Below are positions 14,177-28,055 of a DNA stretch of 64,000 nt, piece after piece. Within the stretch, counting starts at the first letter, position 1. Each line of letters opens with the position of its first letter. The notes under the pieces are model-generated. The model saw nothing but the letters and a program-made list of their open reading frames with translations. It ran no database searches and was not told the DNA's origin. The translations under genes were made by a program, and so were the position numbers. The stretch comes from Cenococcum geophilum (Eukaryota): NCBI GenBank assembly GCA_050273025.1, contig CP158635.1:25048001-25112000 (forward strand), in the 5' to 3' direction.

Positions 14177-14578
14177 GCACACTCTATTATATCTACCCCA
14201 AGTATTTAGCAAATTTCTATTGCTATTTAAGAATTATTAGAAACTGGCAGCTTTCTAAAGCTTAGCATTCCAGCGGGATCTGCTCCTTAGTAGCGAGTAG
14301 CATTTATAGAAAAGCGGAAACCTTTCCGTTCGGTTAATATATATATCCTAAATATTATCCCTAGAGCCTAATTGATCGTTATAAAAGATCTAACTCGCAA
14401 GACCCATTCCTATATAGTGAGGGCCATACCCAACCTCAAGGCACACCGCTACTGCAGGGGAGGCATTATTCGCGTGTAGGGGATAGGTTGAGGTAAGACT
14501 AATATATTGCTTTAAAATTTAAGGGAGTAATCCTTTATAATTAATATGGCTCTCTAGTTATAACAAATACCGTTATAT

Positions 14579-16823
14579 TTACTTAGATATATCCATAATC
14601 TTCTTGGGATTTATTAGCCAGTAGGGATCCAAAGCTTCTTTAATGCTTTTTATAATACTAATTGTCTCCAATCTAAGCTCTTTTAGGAGAGATTCTTTCT
14701 TCCCTAATCTAATTCTATATTTACTAGTGTAAGTACCTTCCATCTCTAAAGCTCGATTAACTATATCATTAATGCATTTCTCCACAGCAGCGCGCTCCTT
14801 AATATTTTTACCATTGTAGAGGATACTCTTATGGAAATTGCCGTCTCTAACATAGCCTAGTATACTTGCCGTAAGTCCTAGATCGTCTATCTCTTTCTTA
14901 AAAACCTCTTATATTTTATAAGTATAGTTCTAAATTGTAAAATAAAGGTGATTGAATCTTACCAATAATATTAGGGAGCCTTAAAAGTAGTACTATAACG
15001 TCTATAGACTAGACCTCTATTCCCTCCTTATTATAAAGCGCTAATATACTCTATAAAGACTCTTTTCTTACTAACCAGAGAGTTTTTTATTCTTCTGCGT
15101 TAATAGCAAATTCAAAGTCACTACTTTTATATATCTTAGCAATTAACTTTACTAGCTTAATATTTTCTTAGGTCTAACGCCACAGTTAATAGGGTTTAGA
15201 TCTAGGGAAAACGAAGGATATAAAAGGGGGGTTTGCCGTATACCCCCGCTTTAGTGCCCGAAAATCTGTAATACAGCATTAGCTTTCGCTAAGTAAATTG
15301 CAAATTAGTTAACTGACTTAAAAAACATAGTTAGGACCTCTTTCCATTTCTTTAAAGTAAAGCCAGATCTATTTATCACACTTATCTAAACTTTGTCTAT
15401 AATCTCTATTACAGCCACAGGAACGCCTGCCCGTATAACCTTTAAGGCTACTACTACCGCATCGCGAATTGTGGGAAATGTAACTATAGTAACGCTGGTT
15501 TCTTTAGGGATAACTATAAGTTTAAGCGTAATCTCTATGACTAAGCCTAGAGTCCCCTTAGATCCGATAAAGAGGTTTATTAAGTTATAACCTGCGGCAG
15601 ATTTACTATAGAGATCTTTAGCGAATACATTGCGGGAAAATTGCTTAGTAGGGCGTACCGTAGGCGTTAACGTGTCTTAACAATAGTCCTATCCGCAAGA
15701 ATAACTATAAGGTTAATAACCCAATCCTTTATAGTTCTATACCGGATAATATTAGTACTACTACATAAATTCTAGATATTAGAAAATATATTACACTTAA
15801 TAAATAGGTCGAAATAAGAGCATACCTACAGCTTGTTCCTACTATGCCACTAATTCTAGCCTAAGAAAGGTTAACACATAGACTATAATACCTAAGTTGG
15901 GCTTACTACGTGGCAGTAAGAATTAAACTTATAGTTGGGCCAGGATTAATGGGGAAGAAAAGCCCGGATTTCTCGGCCTTTTTATTAAGAGTTATCCAAC
16001 GGACCCTAGGTTGGACAATAATATCCATACTAGAATATGCAGGTTAGCCGTAGCGTTTATAGATTAAGATATAGGTAGCGCTCGCTTACTCGTCCGCATT
16101 TAAAGAAATTATTTTATCTATATTGGTGAAATCAATGCTTATGCCCCCGTAAGGAGCGGAAAAATTAGCTTTTAAACTTAATCCACCCAAATAAGGAACT
16201 AAAAATAATGAATATCTGCTGTATAAAGCATTGAAATTTGCCAAGACTTACTTATTAGAACGTGGTATTTGTGGCAGGTTTTTGCAATCTAAGAGACCTC
16301 TTTAGTTAATTTTAGATACGTAATAGCAACAGGTAGTTAATCAATGTTAATAGACGACCACTCAGAGTGACCGTGTATAAGGAGATCATTATTATCCGTG
16401 CTAATAGCATCTTCCCCAAGCAGGTATCGCAGCTCATTAATGGCCTGCGGGAAAAATTTAGCTTTAAAAGTCTATACACCCATTTATTTCAACGTATTAC
16501 CTTCTCTATATCCCTTTTATTTGCATAACTAGGAACCGCAGAGTTACGCCATAGTAATTAAAATCGCAAGCCCGTATTATTGGCTCCGTAAAGGTAGGCA
16601 GAGGGCCCTGTAAAGGCAGTAAGGAGAACTACTTTTCTAGCTGTCTAGAAGGGTTTCTGGCCGATTATTAGCTTTCCGTGCTAAGTCGCGGCAGATTAAC
16701 TTTAAGTAACCCCCCGCTTTAAAGCGGAGGTTAAGAAACTCAGTAGGGGCCTCGCGGCGCGAAATATAATAGAGGACAAAATCTAGGTATAAAAGGGCGG
16801 CTCTAAGGTAGTAGAGGGTCCAT
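14579..16823 (-). pseudogene. DLD1: D-lactate dehydrogenase (cytochrome)-like FAD-linked oxidase, RIP-inactivated, multi-exon
   Basis: Recognisable segments AINELRYLLGEDAISTD..HGHSEWSS; YNLINLFIGSKGTLGLVIEITLKL; C-terminal RALEMEGTYTSKYRIRLGKKESL...ALDPYWLINPKKI (RIP form of EGTCTGEHGIGLGK...MNPGKI); several stops; start approximate. Confidence 0.88.
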
Positions 16824-17891
16824 ATAAAGATGAGATTTAGTAGTAGCAGCGGCAGTTATTATAAGCTATTATTGTCGACGCTGTAGCGGGTCTAAGAGAA
16901 GTATAAAGAACTAGTAGGCCACTGGGATCTATAAGGTATTTATGGTAGAGACCCACGACGTAAGTAAAGAAGAGGGTTAAGTTATTTGTGTCTATATGCA
17001 ACTAGCGTAATTTCGCAGCATGCATGAAGCGGGGACGGAAAGTTCAGAACTAAAGTGGCCTCGAAGTACCCGCAGTTCCATTCTAGGGCGAACCAATAAT
17101 TTACTAATAGTGCGACTTTCTCCTCGGCTGATGCGCCAATTTTTTCGCTGGCAAAATGTAAGAAAGGCTGCTTGAAAGGCTGTGCGTGAAGGATCAAAAG
17201 CAATCGCAAGCCCACCACGGCTCACCCATTGCAGTGACGACTCAGCATCGACTTCTGCTAGGTATGTATCCTGGCAGTCGTCGCATCAAAGGCGGCAGGT
17301 GCATCGCTGAGTTGCGTCAAGCCGCTTTGCCCACCACGATGCAGCTGCAAGAATTCCTGCTTCTGTTGTGGCGTTCCCACTGGGAACGGGGACATGGGCC
17401 CGGAAACGATCACCTTTGGTGGCGCGCCGCCTCAAGAAGTTCTTTGGGTCTGTAGGCTGCCACGTATCCCAACCTCACGCTTCCTGGGCCGTGAAGGTAA
17501 GGCTGCTTGTGACTTATTGTACGTGCGGGTAAGATACTAAGAGGGAAAGGGGCGAAGGAGAAATAGTGTGAAAGGCGTACGGTATCTCCATAGCCGAAAA
17601 GTCACGCTTTCATTGCTGGCCATTGTGCTAAGGGATTCATGGAGCTGGAATAAAGAGTGAAATACAAGTCGACGTATGGGCAAACTTAAGTGACTTGATT
17701 ATCTGTAATCACTGCAGCCTTCGAGAGAGTTATTTCACAAAGTTCTGTAGATCCTTAAGGACCAGCCACAGGTTTAAAAGTCCATACTGGCTCCACAAAA
17801 GGCGAATGCGGGCCATCGCCACTAAAGTTTCTCAGTCACCTAGCACTTATTGAACAACCCAATTCGATCCCGGGGCGTTGTGCTTCACATA

Positions 17892-18150
17892 TATTGAACT
17901 GACAATGTAGAATGAGAACTCTGTTTATTAAAGAGGGCTCTAGAAGCTTTCTATATATATAGGTAGGTGACAAATAGACTAACGACGTAGTCGTCAGTCA
18001 GTCAGTAATTGGTAATAGAAATAGGTAATAAGACATTCGATAAGACATTTAGTTATAAGTTAAGAGACGCCTAAGACAAAGCTCGTACAGACGATCTAGG
18101 TCTTCAGACAGTAGTACGATGGTGGTAAGGAAGTCCGATTCAGGTCGACA
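17892..18150. mobile_element. Solo LTR (259 bp)
   Basis: TA(from TG)TTGAAC...GGTCGACA ends; 5-bp TSD ACATA at 17887-17891 and 18151-18155; homologous in inverted orientation to 63630-63868. Confidence 0.88.
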
Positions 18151-18364
18151 ACATACTATGCAAGCCATGATCATCGAAAGTCCCCAAAAGCTCCGCACAA
18201 TCGACCGAAATCACCCAAAGTTCTCCAAAGGTCCCAAAAGTTCCTGACAAAAGTTCCTTCACACAGCCTTGTCAGCATGTTCTCTCCCCTACCCGCCCAC
18301 CCGCCTTGCATCCTAAAGCTACGCCCGAGTTACCGAGGCCGAAATACAGCCGCTCATTCATAAT

Positions 18365-18964
18365 TCACACAGGCAGACGGAATCTGCACCAAGACCCAGG
18401 ATCATTACTATCTTCAGGCTGCGGAACGGTCTCAGTACCAGGTATGTTATCAGTACGAGGAGCGTTTTCAAGACCGTCAACTTTGTCAGCTACACTCTCA
18501 AGGCCGTCTAATACCTGCATCATTGTTCGGTCTTGCCTACACGCTGTTAGCGCCTGTGTAATGTGCGATGAGTGCATCTCTTACCTAGTTGGAGGAACGT
18601 CCTTATAGGCGCATTCATACGCGTTGTCTTTGCAGAATTGGCATGGACTGTTTTCACCACACTTCTGTTTGCGCTGGCGGCAATTGTTAAAAGCCTACGA
18701 GTAGGTTAGCAAGGCAGCGTTCTAGCTTCATCGCTGGTACCTGCCCCGAACTTGCTTCCTATAAGGACACGGTATAACAGGCGCTTGTGTGTAGGCTTGG
18801 TTTGTGCTCATTGGCGGTGCACCGTACTGTTCGTGGGGGTTTAGGATTGGGTAGCCGTTGCCGTTGTGATGATGTTCAAGGTTGATATACACCGGCTCAG
18901 GTCCCTGGGGAAAGCTCACGGAAGTGCCATAGCCCGGCAGCCGGTTGGGGTTTGAATCTGCCAT
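18365..18964 (-). pseudogene. Truncated Zn(II)2Cys6 transcription factor (N-terminal fragment)
   Basis: Introns 18740-18695 and 18584-18537 (GT..CTAAC..TAG); middle exon encodes AFNNCRQRKQKCGENSPCQFCKDNAYECAYKDVPP (first Cys replaced by Phe); exon 1 (224 nt) is 1 nt out of phase; stops soon after the cluster. Confidence 0.8.
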
Positions 18965-19881
18965 AGTGTGGCTTTATCATTCGTGAAGTGTGGGAAGAGG
19001 GAGTGTGGCAGGAGGTAGGGAGCGGTTTGACTATCATGATCTATCAGATGGCGGCTTTCTGTCGCTACTTGCCTCCGAAGATGAGGGAATTCCAGCTACG
19101 ACTAAGTTCTAGAATAAATAATATAGAACAGCGCGGGAAAAGATATATCGGGGAAACCTTTCGTGGCCTGCTGGTGAATAGATCGAGGTCGCCAGTCCAG
19201 TGTGAGGTGCCCATAAAGTATGCTAAGACCAGCAGTCCAGAAAGGAAGTGTGTTGAGAATGATTCTTGTGGCAAAGGTGGAAGAAGATTAGAACATTTCT
19301 TGAAAATGTAAGGGAACGATTGTACCCCGACTTCGATTCTCACGGTGCCCCCCTGTGTATGCATCTGCCCAGAGCGCCGAACCAAAAGTGTCTAATGAAG
19401 GGGTATGAAGCAATGCCACGGCTATTTAGCGTTGAGATTTCAACCCATGGGTATAATGCTATTGATATCGCGAGAGAGATGACGTTTAAAGAGAGAGAGT
19501 GTGTGTGATACCGAGACGGATACCGAGACGTCTGGAGACAAAGGACAGAGATAAGAGAGTAAAAAATGGCCAAGCAGCGCGCGGTCCTGGCTGCCGATGA
19601 GGGTGTCATCATGGAGCTGGAGAAGCCGTCTTTGTGCGGTGCAGACGTGAGGCGCAGGATTGCTGGAGCCAACTGAGTTCACGAACTGTTCGGGTTAGCT
19701 ATGATAGGAAGTCGCGGCTTCGGGCAGACCAATTGAAGAGTTATCCATCGATTTTGCATTAATAGAAATAATAATGCAGCGCCAGCGTGGAGCCGATTCA
19801 AGTATGAGGCGTGGTGGCTGGATCAAAAAAGGAGCTGACTAAAACCTCCACACGTGTGGGACCACGCTTGGCGGCACTCTA

Positions 19882-21345
19882 CGTAGCCGAAATAAGTGTC
19901 GGTTTGGGGCACGTGCACGCCCCACCCAAACAAAGCCCCTAAGCATGCCTCAATCATAACAAACCTCACGACACCACCATTTCGCACCCAAATTCGTTTG
20001 GTGCAATTACCAATTATAACCCAAGTTACTAAGGAGCCTGCATCCCGAAAGATGCGGGCTAAACACTTTACCCTACCCCTAGAATTATACTATAACGCTA
20101 GGGAAAATAAGCATCTAAAGACTCCTCTACGCATAGGAGTTCTCTACGCCAAAATCTTTAGCCAATTACTGGGTAAGGCTATTCCTCCAGCTATTATATA
20201 GTAGGCTACTAGAATTGCTAAGCGCTCTTAGTAACGTATTATAGCCTTAAAGCAATATAGAACTATATATAATTTTAGGCTAGAAATAAGAGGGAGAAAT
20301 TAAGCCCTTATAAAGGAAGATACCCACGCTATTACCGTGTATTTAAACAACCCTAATCTTAATTAAGACTTAAAATTAGCCCTATAGCAGACTATTATTT
20401 AAGAGGCCCTAAATTATAAAGATCTTCTAATGGTTCTAACTTAGAGAATAGGTTGCTAACCTCTTAGAAATAAGCCAATTTAAAGAGCTATAAAAGAGGA
20501 TAAAGGATATATTAATGTAAAGATAGAGGAAGAGAAGTAGCTTAACCTAGAGCAGGCAGATAAAAGAAAGAATTAGTACTATTTATAGCTAAAAGAAAAA
20601 CCCCATCCCAAGGACTGGAATAATGTTACTTTTTACAATAAATATTACTTTAGTTTAGGTACAGAAGAAACCCATAGAATTAAGAGAAGGAGTAGTAATC
20701 TTTACCGCTATTTGCTATAGAATATTTATAGGAAAAAGGGAGTTACTAAAAAGGATAAAAAGGAGAAAGCCTAAGAGAAGAAGCATCTTAAACTGTTTAA
20801 TATCTTTATTATTATTGGCAGGACCTAAAAGAAGTTCTTCTTATATAAGGTAAATAACCAGGTAGGCAAAATAAGCTTAAAAGCCTATACCGAGCAGGTA
20901 TTGCCATGGCTTTTTTTAAAGTTTAATATTAAGGGAATTACTTTATATTAGGATGCAGATTTAGCGCATAAATTAAGGAAGTCTTTAGCCTGGGCAAAGG
21001 AATAGGACTTAAAGCTTCTAATATTACCTAGTCTATTATTAGATCTATTAATTATGGAGTCCTTAGCCCATCCTATTAAGAAGAAGTTCCATTTAAAGCG
21101 CGTAGAAGAGGAGGATATAGCATTAGAGCGTTTTATAGATGTTTGGGAGAATTAAGTAGATCAGAAGAAGATTGTAGAGATGTACAGCTGGTATACGAAG
21201 CGCCTGTATGAGTGCATTAGGGCTGACGGGCAGATAACTCGATATTGAATTGATTTGGCTGTATTATGGTGTTATAAACGATGATCGTAAAGCATGATTT
21301 TGGTGGGTGCGCACGTGCCCCAAACCGACACTTATTTCGGCTACG
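19882..21345 (+). mobile_element. Tc1/mariner DNA transposon (DD34E), RIP-inactivated transposase ~20052-21248
   Basis: Perfect TIR CGTAGCCGAAATAAGTGTCGGTTTGGGGCACGTGC at both ends; TA TSD at 19880-81 and 21346-47; *DADLAH followed by LPSLLLDLLIME with exactly 34 residues between D and E. Confidence 0.93.
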
Positions 21346-21832
21346 TAGAGCGGCATTTCGCGGCGTTCCTGCACGTCGCGCGGAACACCAGATCATCAGC
21401 CCTGGCGTGCGTCCGGCTGAGTGCATTCGATTTACCGAGTTCGCGGAACCTTTCGTCAAGGTTCAGCCCAAAATCGCTTATCGAATGTCAACCTCCTGCA
21501 GCAGAAAGCACTAATAGTAAGGCAACCGCGCCCATTATGCAACCCACGCTCAAAGTGATATGTCCCATCCCTTTTTGTATGCACAGTAACCGATCCCCGG
21601 TCGTCACCGATTTCATTTCATTCTCCAATTCATCCGAAGTCGCCCCAGCCCAATACGAGGCGCCCACCATAATGCCACCAGCAACAAGAGGCGATACTGT
21701 TCTTCGAGCGTATCTCCGAGTGCCCCAACCGCGACTTGCCCAAATATGGTTAGCCGGAACCGTGACCCTAGAGCCTTCTCAACAACGAAGTTCTAGTTTT
21801 GTCACTAGCATAACGGAGAGCAACTAGACTTC

Positions 21833-24800
21833 TGTCGATCGGTAGTCCGTGCACCGATTGTAAGGTAAGATTGAGGACTCTGTCTATTCAAACTATAAAG
21901 GAAAAAGACTATATATACATGAGGTAGTACCCCCCACAGGGGTCCCTAGAGAATCGGTGAAACTAGATTGAAACCAGGTCGAGACAAATCTGAAGCTGAT
22001 GTCTGACAGTACCCGTCACGGTCGACACACCCCCCCAGCTTTAAGCTGTCCTGCAGGTTAAAGCTGTATCACAAGTCTTGGTATAGTGTTAAGTCAAATT
22101 TACCTTTATTAATTTAGATCCTCTCCTTAATATTAACCAGGTTTAATTAATAAACGAATATCTCGTGCTTCTGCCTTAGCAGAGCTTTAGTTAGTCCGTC
22201 TGCTACTATTGCTACAGTAGGCGTCCAATTAATCTTAATTTAATCGTCACGTACCTCTTAACGTAACTAGTGGTAGTATATGTCGACGTATTGGAGCTTC
22301 GTAGATAGCTCTAGTCCGTCTTTTATAAGCAGTCGAATCGTCTATAGATTATTGCAGTTAATTATCTACCTATTATCTAAGGTTAATCCGATTTCTTTAA
22401 AGAAGCAACTCTACTAGATTAATTCCGTGCCTATATATAATAGAGCTATAAGCTCTGCCTTAGTACTTAACTTTATTACTAACGTCTACTTAGTAGAGCG
22501 CTAGTTAATTAGTCCCCTAAATAGGGTAAATAGATATCCTTCCGTACTATATCTATTTATTAAGTCGTCTCTAAACACTGCGTTATTTGCTCCCGTAAAG
22601 ACTTAACTCCCTATACTATATCCTAAGTATTTAATCGCAAGAGTCCTCGTCTAATAGAGGTAGGCGATCGCTTGACGAGCTGCGGCGTCGTAAAGGGGTA
22701 AGGGATTTTGTAGAAATTCCGACAGCTTGCTTAAAGCTTAAGCTGCATTAGGTCTTATAATATAGGTCGCGTAGAGAAGTAATCCGATCATCCTCTAGTA
22801 GACATAGGTGTCTTAATTTAAAGCTTCCTCCGGGTTTGGTAGGAGCCCGTTAGTGCTTATAGGTATACTAACTAAGCGCGTGTTAGTTAAATAAAAGTTA
22901 TTAGCGATCTTCTTAATATAGGAGTTTTAATAGAGCCATAGCTTCCTCTAACTCCTATCTCTTAAGACTTAAATTCCTAGGAACTAGGACAGTTTACCTA
23001 GGTCCTTTATCTCGTATTTCTTTATAAGCGCAGTCTTAAAGCTTAGAAGCTCTAACTGGTTCCCCTTAGTACTTATAGCACAGATATCGTCTATATAAAA
23101 GAACATAATTAGCTAATTGTTATAGTAGAGATACGGCTCTCCGCTAACAGGCTTTAACCCTAATTTAGTTAGTTCCTAACTTAAGTTATTATACTAGAGA
23201 TATGGCAATCATTAAAGTCCGTAGAGAGCTCTGCGTAGTAGTAGACATTTGCCCTTAATAGTAAATCCATCTAGACACTTAATATAGACTATTTCGTTAA
23301 TTAAGCTATTCGCGAACGCGTTAATAGCGTCGCCCTGCCAAACGTCCAAATTAAATGCTGTAATGACTGCTATAAGAGCCTTAAAGACCTTAGCTGCCAA
23401 AGTCGCCGTATAGGTGTCCTTATATATTAACTCTTATAGATCGCCTCTTACATAAAGTCGTGCCTTAAACTTCGTTAGATATCCGTTAGTGTCCGTTTTA
23501 TAGGTAAATCTCTAGGTAGTAGGCACTGTTTTAACTAATAGAGTTTTATCTACGACCTTAAATATTCTATAACCCTTTAGGTCAGTATACTCTTTTATAG
23601 CAGCAGTAAGGAAATCTTCCCTATACTAGTGTCTTATAAGCTCCTTCTAGTTCTTAGGTAAAGGTGGTAGCTTATTATAATGGATTTTCCTATAATATTT
23701 TAGGCCTATATAGAAGGCTACCTAAAGCGCTTTAAAGCTATCTACCTCCTTAAGGTAAGTCAAATAAGCCATATATCGTTTAGGTAGCCTCTTTAATTAT
23801 TTACCTTTTATAATATTATCTTCCTTAACAGCTACACCGTCTTTATCCTTTAAGTTATCCTCTATAGGTATATATTTGTAATACAGTTATTAACGGGTAG
23901 AGAGAGCTAAGGAGCTTAAGAATTCTTTAGTAGGAATCGACTGAGGTTCTAGCGTCTTGTCTAGGGTAGGAAGGGCAGGTAGGAAATCGTCCTTTAAGGT
24001 TTATAAGCTTACTACGTTATCATCTTAATTAGTCGCTTAGTCTTAATTTCCACTAGAATCTGCCTATTAATTTCTACCGTTTTCCACTTAAATCTTATCT
24101 AAAGTCTTGTTGTCCTTATCTAACGTTTTATTAAGCTCTTTTTAAAGCGTCCTATTAATATGCAACACATTAATTACCTTTAAAATTTAATTAGCGCGTT
24201 TTTGGAGCAGATTCGCAAGATCTGGCTAACCGTCGTTATAAAGCAACTGCTTATTAAATATCACGTCTCTTATTTAAATTACCTTTTTTTTACTAGGTAT
24301 ATAGACCCTAAAGATATTCATTAACTAGTATCTAACTAGGTATCTAATATAAGCTCTTAGCTTAAGCTTTTAAGTGTATAGGAGGTTATATTTAAGCGGG
24401 TAAGCTCTGCAGCCGTATATATATAGATAAGCTATATTTAGCTTTAATAGTGAGAGCCCTAGTGCTAACTAAAGCTTCTTAAAAGGTGTTATCTAGCTAA
24501 GCTAGGCGTTCGGTATCCGATTAATTAAATACACTATAGCTCTAACAATCTCTAGCTAGAGCTCTTCTAGTAATTAAGCTTTAATTCGCATATAACGAGA
24601 CTTAATAATAATCACCCCCCTAGAACGTTTAATAGAACTGTTTTAAGACTTCGTATATAGAGCCAATTACTCCACTATAATTCCTTCTTAGTTCGTCTAA
24701 CTATAGAAGTCGCCACTAAGGGAGGTCTCGCTATTAACTCGGATAACTACAATCTTCTAATTATATTAACGCTTCACCCTGTTTAAATATCGTATAATTA

Positions 24801-27010
24801 CTTATATTAACAACAACTTTTAGGCAAAGGTCTCCACCTCGTTTATTTGCAGAAATTCATTATAGAAATATATCGTCTATTTATAACCGTTATACGCCAC
24901 AATCTCCTAGAATAAGTCAATATGCACTTAGTAGAAGGGCCTTATTACCTTATTAGTAGGTGCTCTTCTTAATACAATTTTGTAAGCCTTGCTAACAGCA
25001 TAGGATTTATATTTAATTATCGCTAGTCCTTAAAGCTTCGCACCACTTACCTCCTAAGGTAGATGCTTAATTGCGTCGGGTCCTATATAACCTAGTCTCT
25101 TATGCCAAAGCCTTCCTACTACTTCTTAATTAGGAAGGGGGTCTTACAATTAGATTATAAATAAGGCTTTTAGCTCATTATATTTAAGCGTGTTTTAGTT
25201 ATAATATCGCCCGTAATAGGCAAATGTTTTATAATTGTCTTTATAATATAGTAGGTTCTTTTCATTATCCTACCATATATTCTTATCGTTGAACCTATCT
25301 AAACAGGCCAAATTTGTATAGAACGCTAGTACATATACTATATTAGCTAGTAGGATCCTCTTAGGGCCTGCTAGCGTCTAGATTATAACTACTGCTATCC
25401 CTATACCCTTAACTGGATCTAGGCCTGTTCCGGCGTATATAAAGTTATTACTTAGTTAAAGCTTATTAACAAATCTTAATTAATTATTAATGACGTATAT
25501 TATAGTTCCGTTATTAAGAATAACGCTATTACGTAGCTTATAGTCAGAACCTGCGTTATAGGCGCCTACTTAGTATACGGCGAAGATACCATGGTTATCT
25601 TTCTTTTAACTTCCGTCTAGGTTCCGTACGGCTTCCTTTTATAGAGCTTCCTTACCTAAAGCCTCCTTCCTTATCTTCTTAATCTTTAACTTAGTCTAAT
25701 CTAATGCGCTTATAATCCTTTCCTTAACTTTTATAGCCATAGCTTTATTAGATTTCTAATCCTTTAATTAAACTAATTCGTTAATATAAGGACAATCCGG
25801 AAACTAGTAAACATCTCCGTAGTAGTACGTTGGGGTATCTTTCTTCTTTAACGTTTTAGATAGTGTAGTAGGGACCTTATCCTTAGGAGCCTTATCCTTA
25901 GAAGCCTTGTCTTTATAAGATCCGTTAATTAACTCGCCCTAAAAGCCTACTGTATTAGCGCTAAGTTAATCCCTTCTCTTTTAGGCAGTCTCTATTTATT
26001 AATAGTTCTAATATATTTTAACTAGTCGATCTATAGATATTATCTAGTCACTAGCCCAGTCGTATTTATTAAATTTAACCCTCCATATTAAAGCCTAGTT
26101 TGGTAATGCTAGCTCTATAGCTAGCAGAAAGTCTCTAATTACTTAGTCGCCGTTTACGTCTAGTAATTTAATCTTTTTGCAGTCATTATATATCTTCTCC
26201 TACTGCTATAGCTAGGCCTTAAAGTTCTGGTTCTTTAGGCCCTTTTTAACCTTAGTATATTAAGTGGATAGGTACAGCTTACGTGCTATATCGGTGGGGG
26301 TAACCCTCTCCTTAAGAGCCACTAGGGTGTTATATACCGAGTTAATACCTAGTATATAGGTATTAAGGTTCCTAGCCACTATACTAGTAATATAGCTTCG
26401 TAGGGAGGTTAAAGCTACCTTCTGCTTCTTATATTCCTTCTTTACTATTTTATACCTCTTATAGAGAATTTAAAGCTCGTCCTTCTCGTCCTTAGAGAAA
26501 GCTGCATATAAGGTCGTTCCTATCTTTACATCTTAAGGCCTAGGAAAGACTAGTTTAAGCAAACAGGGCAACTAATCCTATTTAGTTAAGGGGTTAACGT
26601 ATTTCTATACGTCTCCTATTTAAGCTTAAAGCCTAATAAGGTTAATCCATTCGTCCCAATCGGCTTAGTTCAATAATATCACCGTCATAGTAACAGCTTA
26701 GGTAGCTTAAGAAGTCATATTAAAAGGTGCTTATAAGGACAAATAAAGTATTTAATAAGGGATAGGGTCAATCAAATCAATAGGTGCAATATGGCAAGTC
26801 ACCCGGGCTCATAACTGTCGATCAGTAGTCCGTGCACCAATTGTAAGGTAAGATTGAGGACTCTGTCTATTCAAACTATAAAGGAAAAAGACTATATATA
26901 CATGAGGTAGTACCCCCCACAGGGGTCCCTAGAGAATCAGTGAAACTAGATTGAAACCAGGTCAAGACAAATCTGAAGCTGATGTCTAACAGTACCCGTC
27001 ACGGTCGACA
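21833..27010 (-). mobile_element. Full-length Ty1/Copia LTR retrotransposon (element A), RIP-inactivated
   Basis: 195-bp TG..CA LTRs 21833-22027 and 26816-27010; TSD ACTTC; PBS-like GTTATGAGCCCGGG and PPT GGGGGGGTG on the minus strand; RT motif WQGDAINAF...LRRALYGL (23212-23400); integrase upstream of RT. Confidence 0.96.
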
Positions 27011-28055
27011 ACTTCCAACCAATGCGATATCTGACGTTCAGTAGGCTTGCAAACTCTATGAATGCTACGGTTCAGCTGCAACGCAATACCCCCTTTTTTT
27101 TTTTGAAACACATGGCCGGAGGAGCCCATTCTTATGAACATCGCCGCTTTCACAACTCACTCTTTTCATTACCAAGGCTTACTGGCTTCCACATAAACTC
27201 GAACAGCAAGATGGACCACGTACGAAGGAAGACGAATATAACCCACATGCTTGTCATGCCCTCACAGGAAACGTAACGTTTAGGTTAGATGAAAGTTTCG
27301 GGATGTAAATACGACACAGACAAGAAGCAGGCTTCAATACATGGCGGAAATGCGAGGCCATCGATACGTGCATGGCTCGCTTGAAATTGTGGCTGCCGGG
27401 AGAGAAATAATGCCAGATATTGTCGTGATTGACAATATATTCGGGGTATTGGCGAGTACATTGCCTGCAACGTGTCTCCTATCTTTGTGGCGCTCCAAAT
27501 GTTTATTGAGGGAATTTTACTTGAACTTAAAGTCACCATAAAGGCATGGACCCATGTTTATCTATTCTCTAGGACAAAGTAGCGAGCTGGCTTGGCAGTT
27601 GTTGCGAGCTTGCAGGAATAAGTCCATGTACTATCTAGTTAACTAGGTGCCTGGGGCTTTCATCTTTAGCATATGTGCACAAGAATCTCTTGTGCGTGCG
27701 CAGCGGGCATCAAATAAGCGCACTTGCAAAAAAGGCTGTGCGCTCACAAGAGAGGTAAAGTCTAACTTCTAAGTTTAATTGTACATAAGTGTGTACAAAA
27801 GCGAAATTGGATGTCCGTCGCGCGCAGAGGGACACGATAACTACTGGCTGTTGCTGCTGCCACGTAATTTAGCGCCAGTGCGGCCCATAACTGCCTAAGG
27901 CCTGATAAAGGCTGGATTGTAACCGCTCAACATCGTGACATGCCACTATGGTTTCTCTCCGGGGAGTTAAGCACACTTCATTCTCCCTAAACCACCTCTC
28001 TTCATCAACATAGTGTTTTGACTTTAAGGGCGAAGCTCTTAGGGAAGCCGTCGAT

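Noticed and set aside
16982..19682. Short overlapping ORFs in the GC-richer stretch other than the Zn-cluster gene
   Set aside because: No domain similarity; such ORFs are expected by chance in non-RIPed intergenic DNA.
21217..21827. ORFs 21217-21459, 21281-21514, 21294-21827 and 19896-20201
   Set aside because: They run across transposon TIR boundaries and have no recognisable domains.
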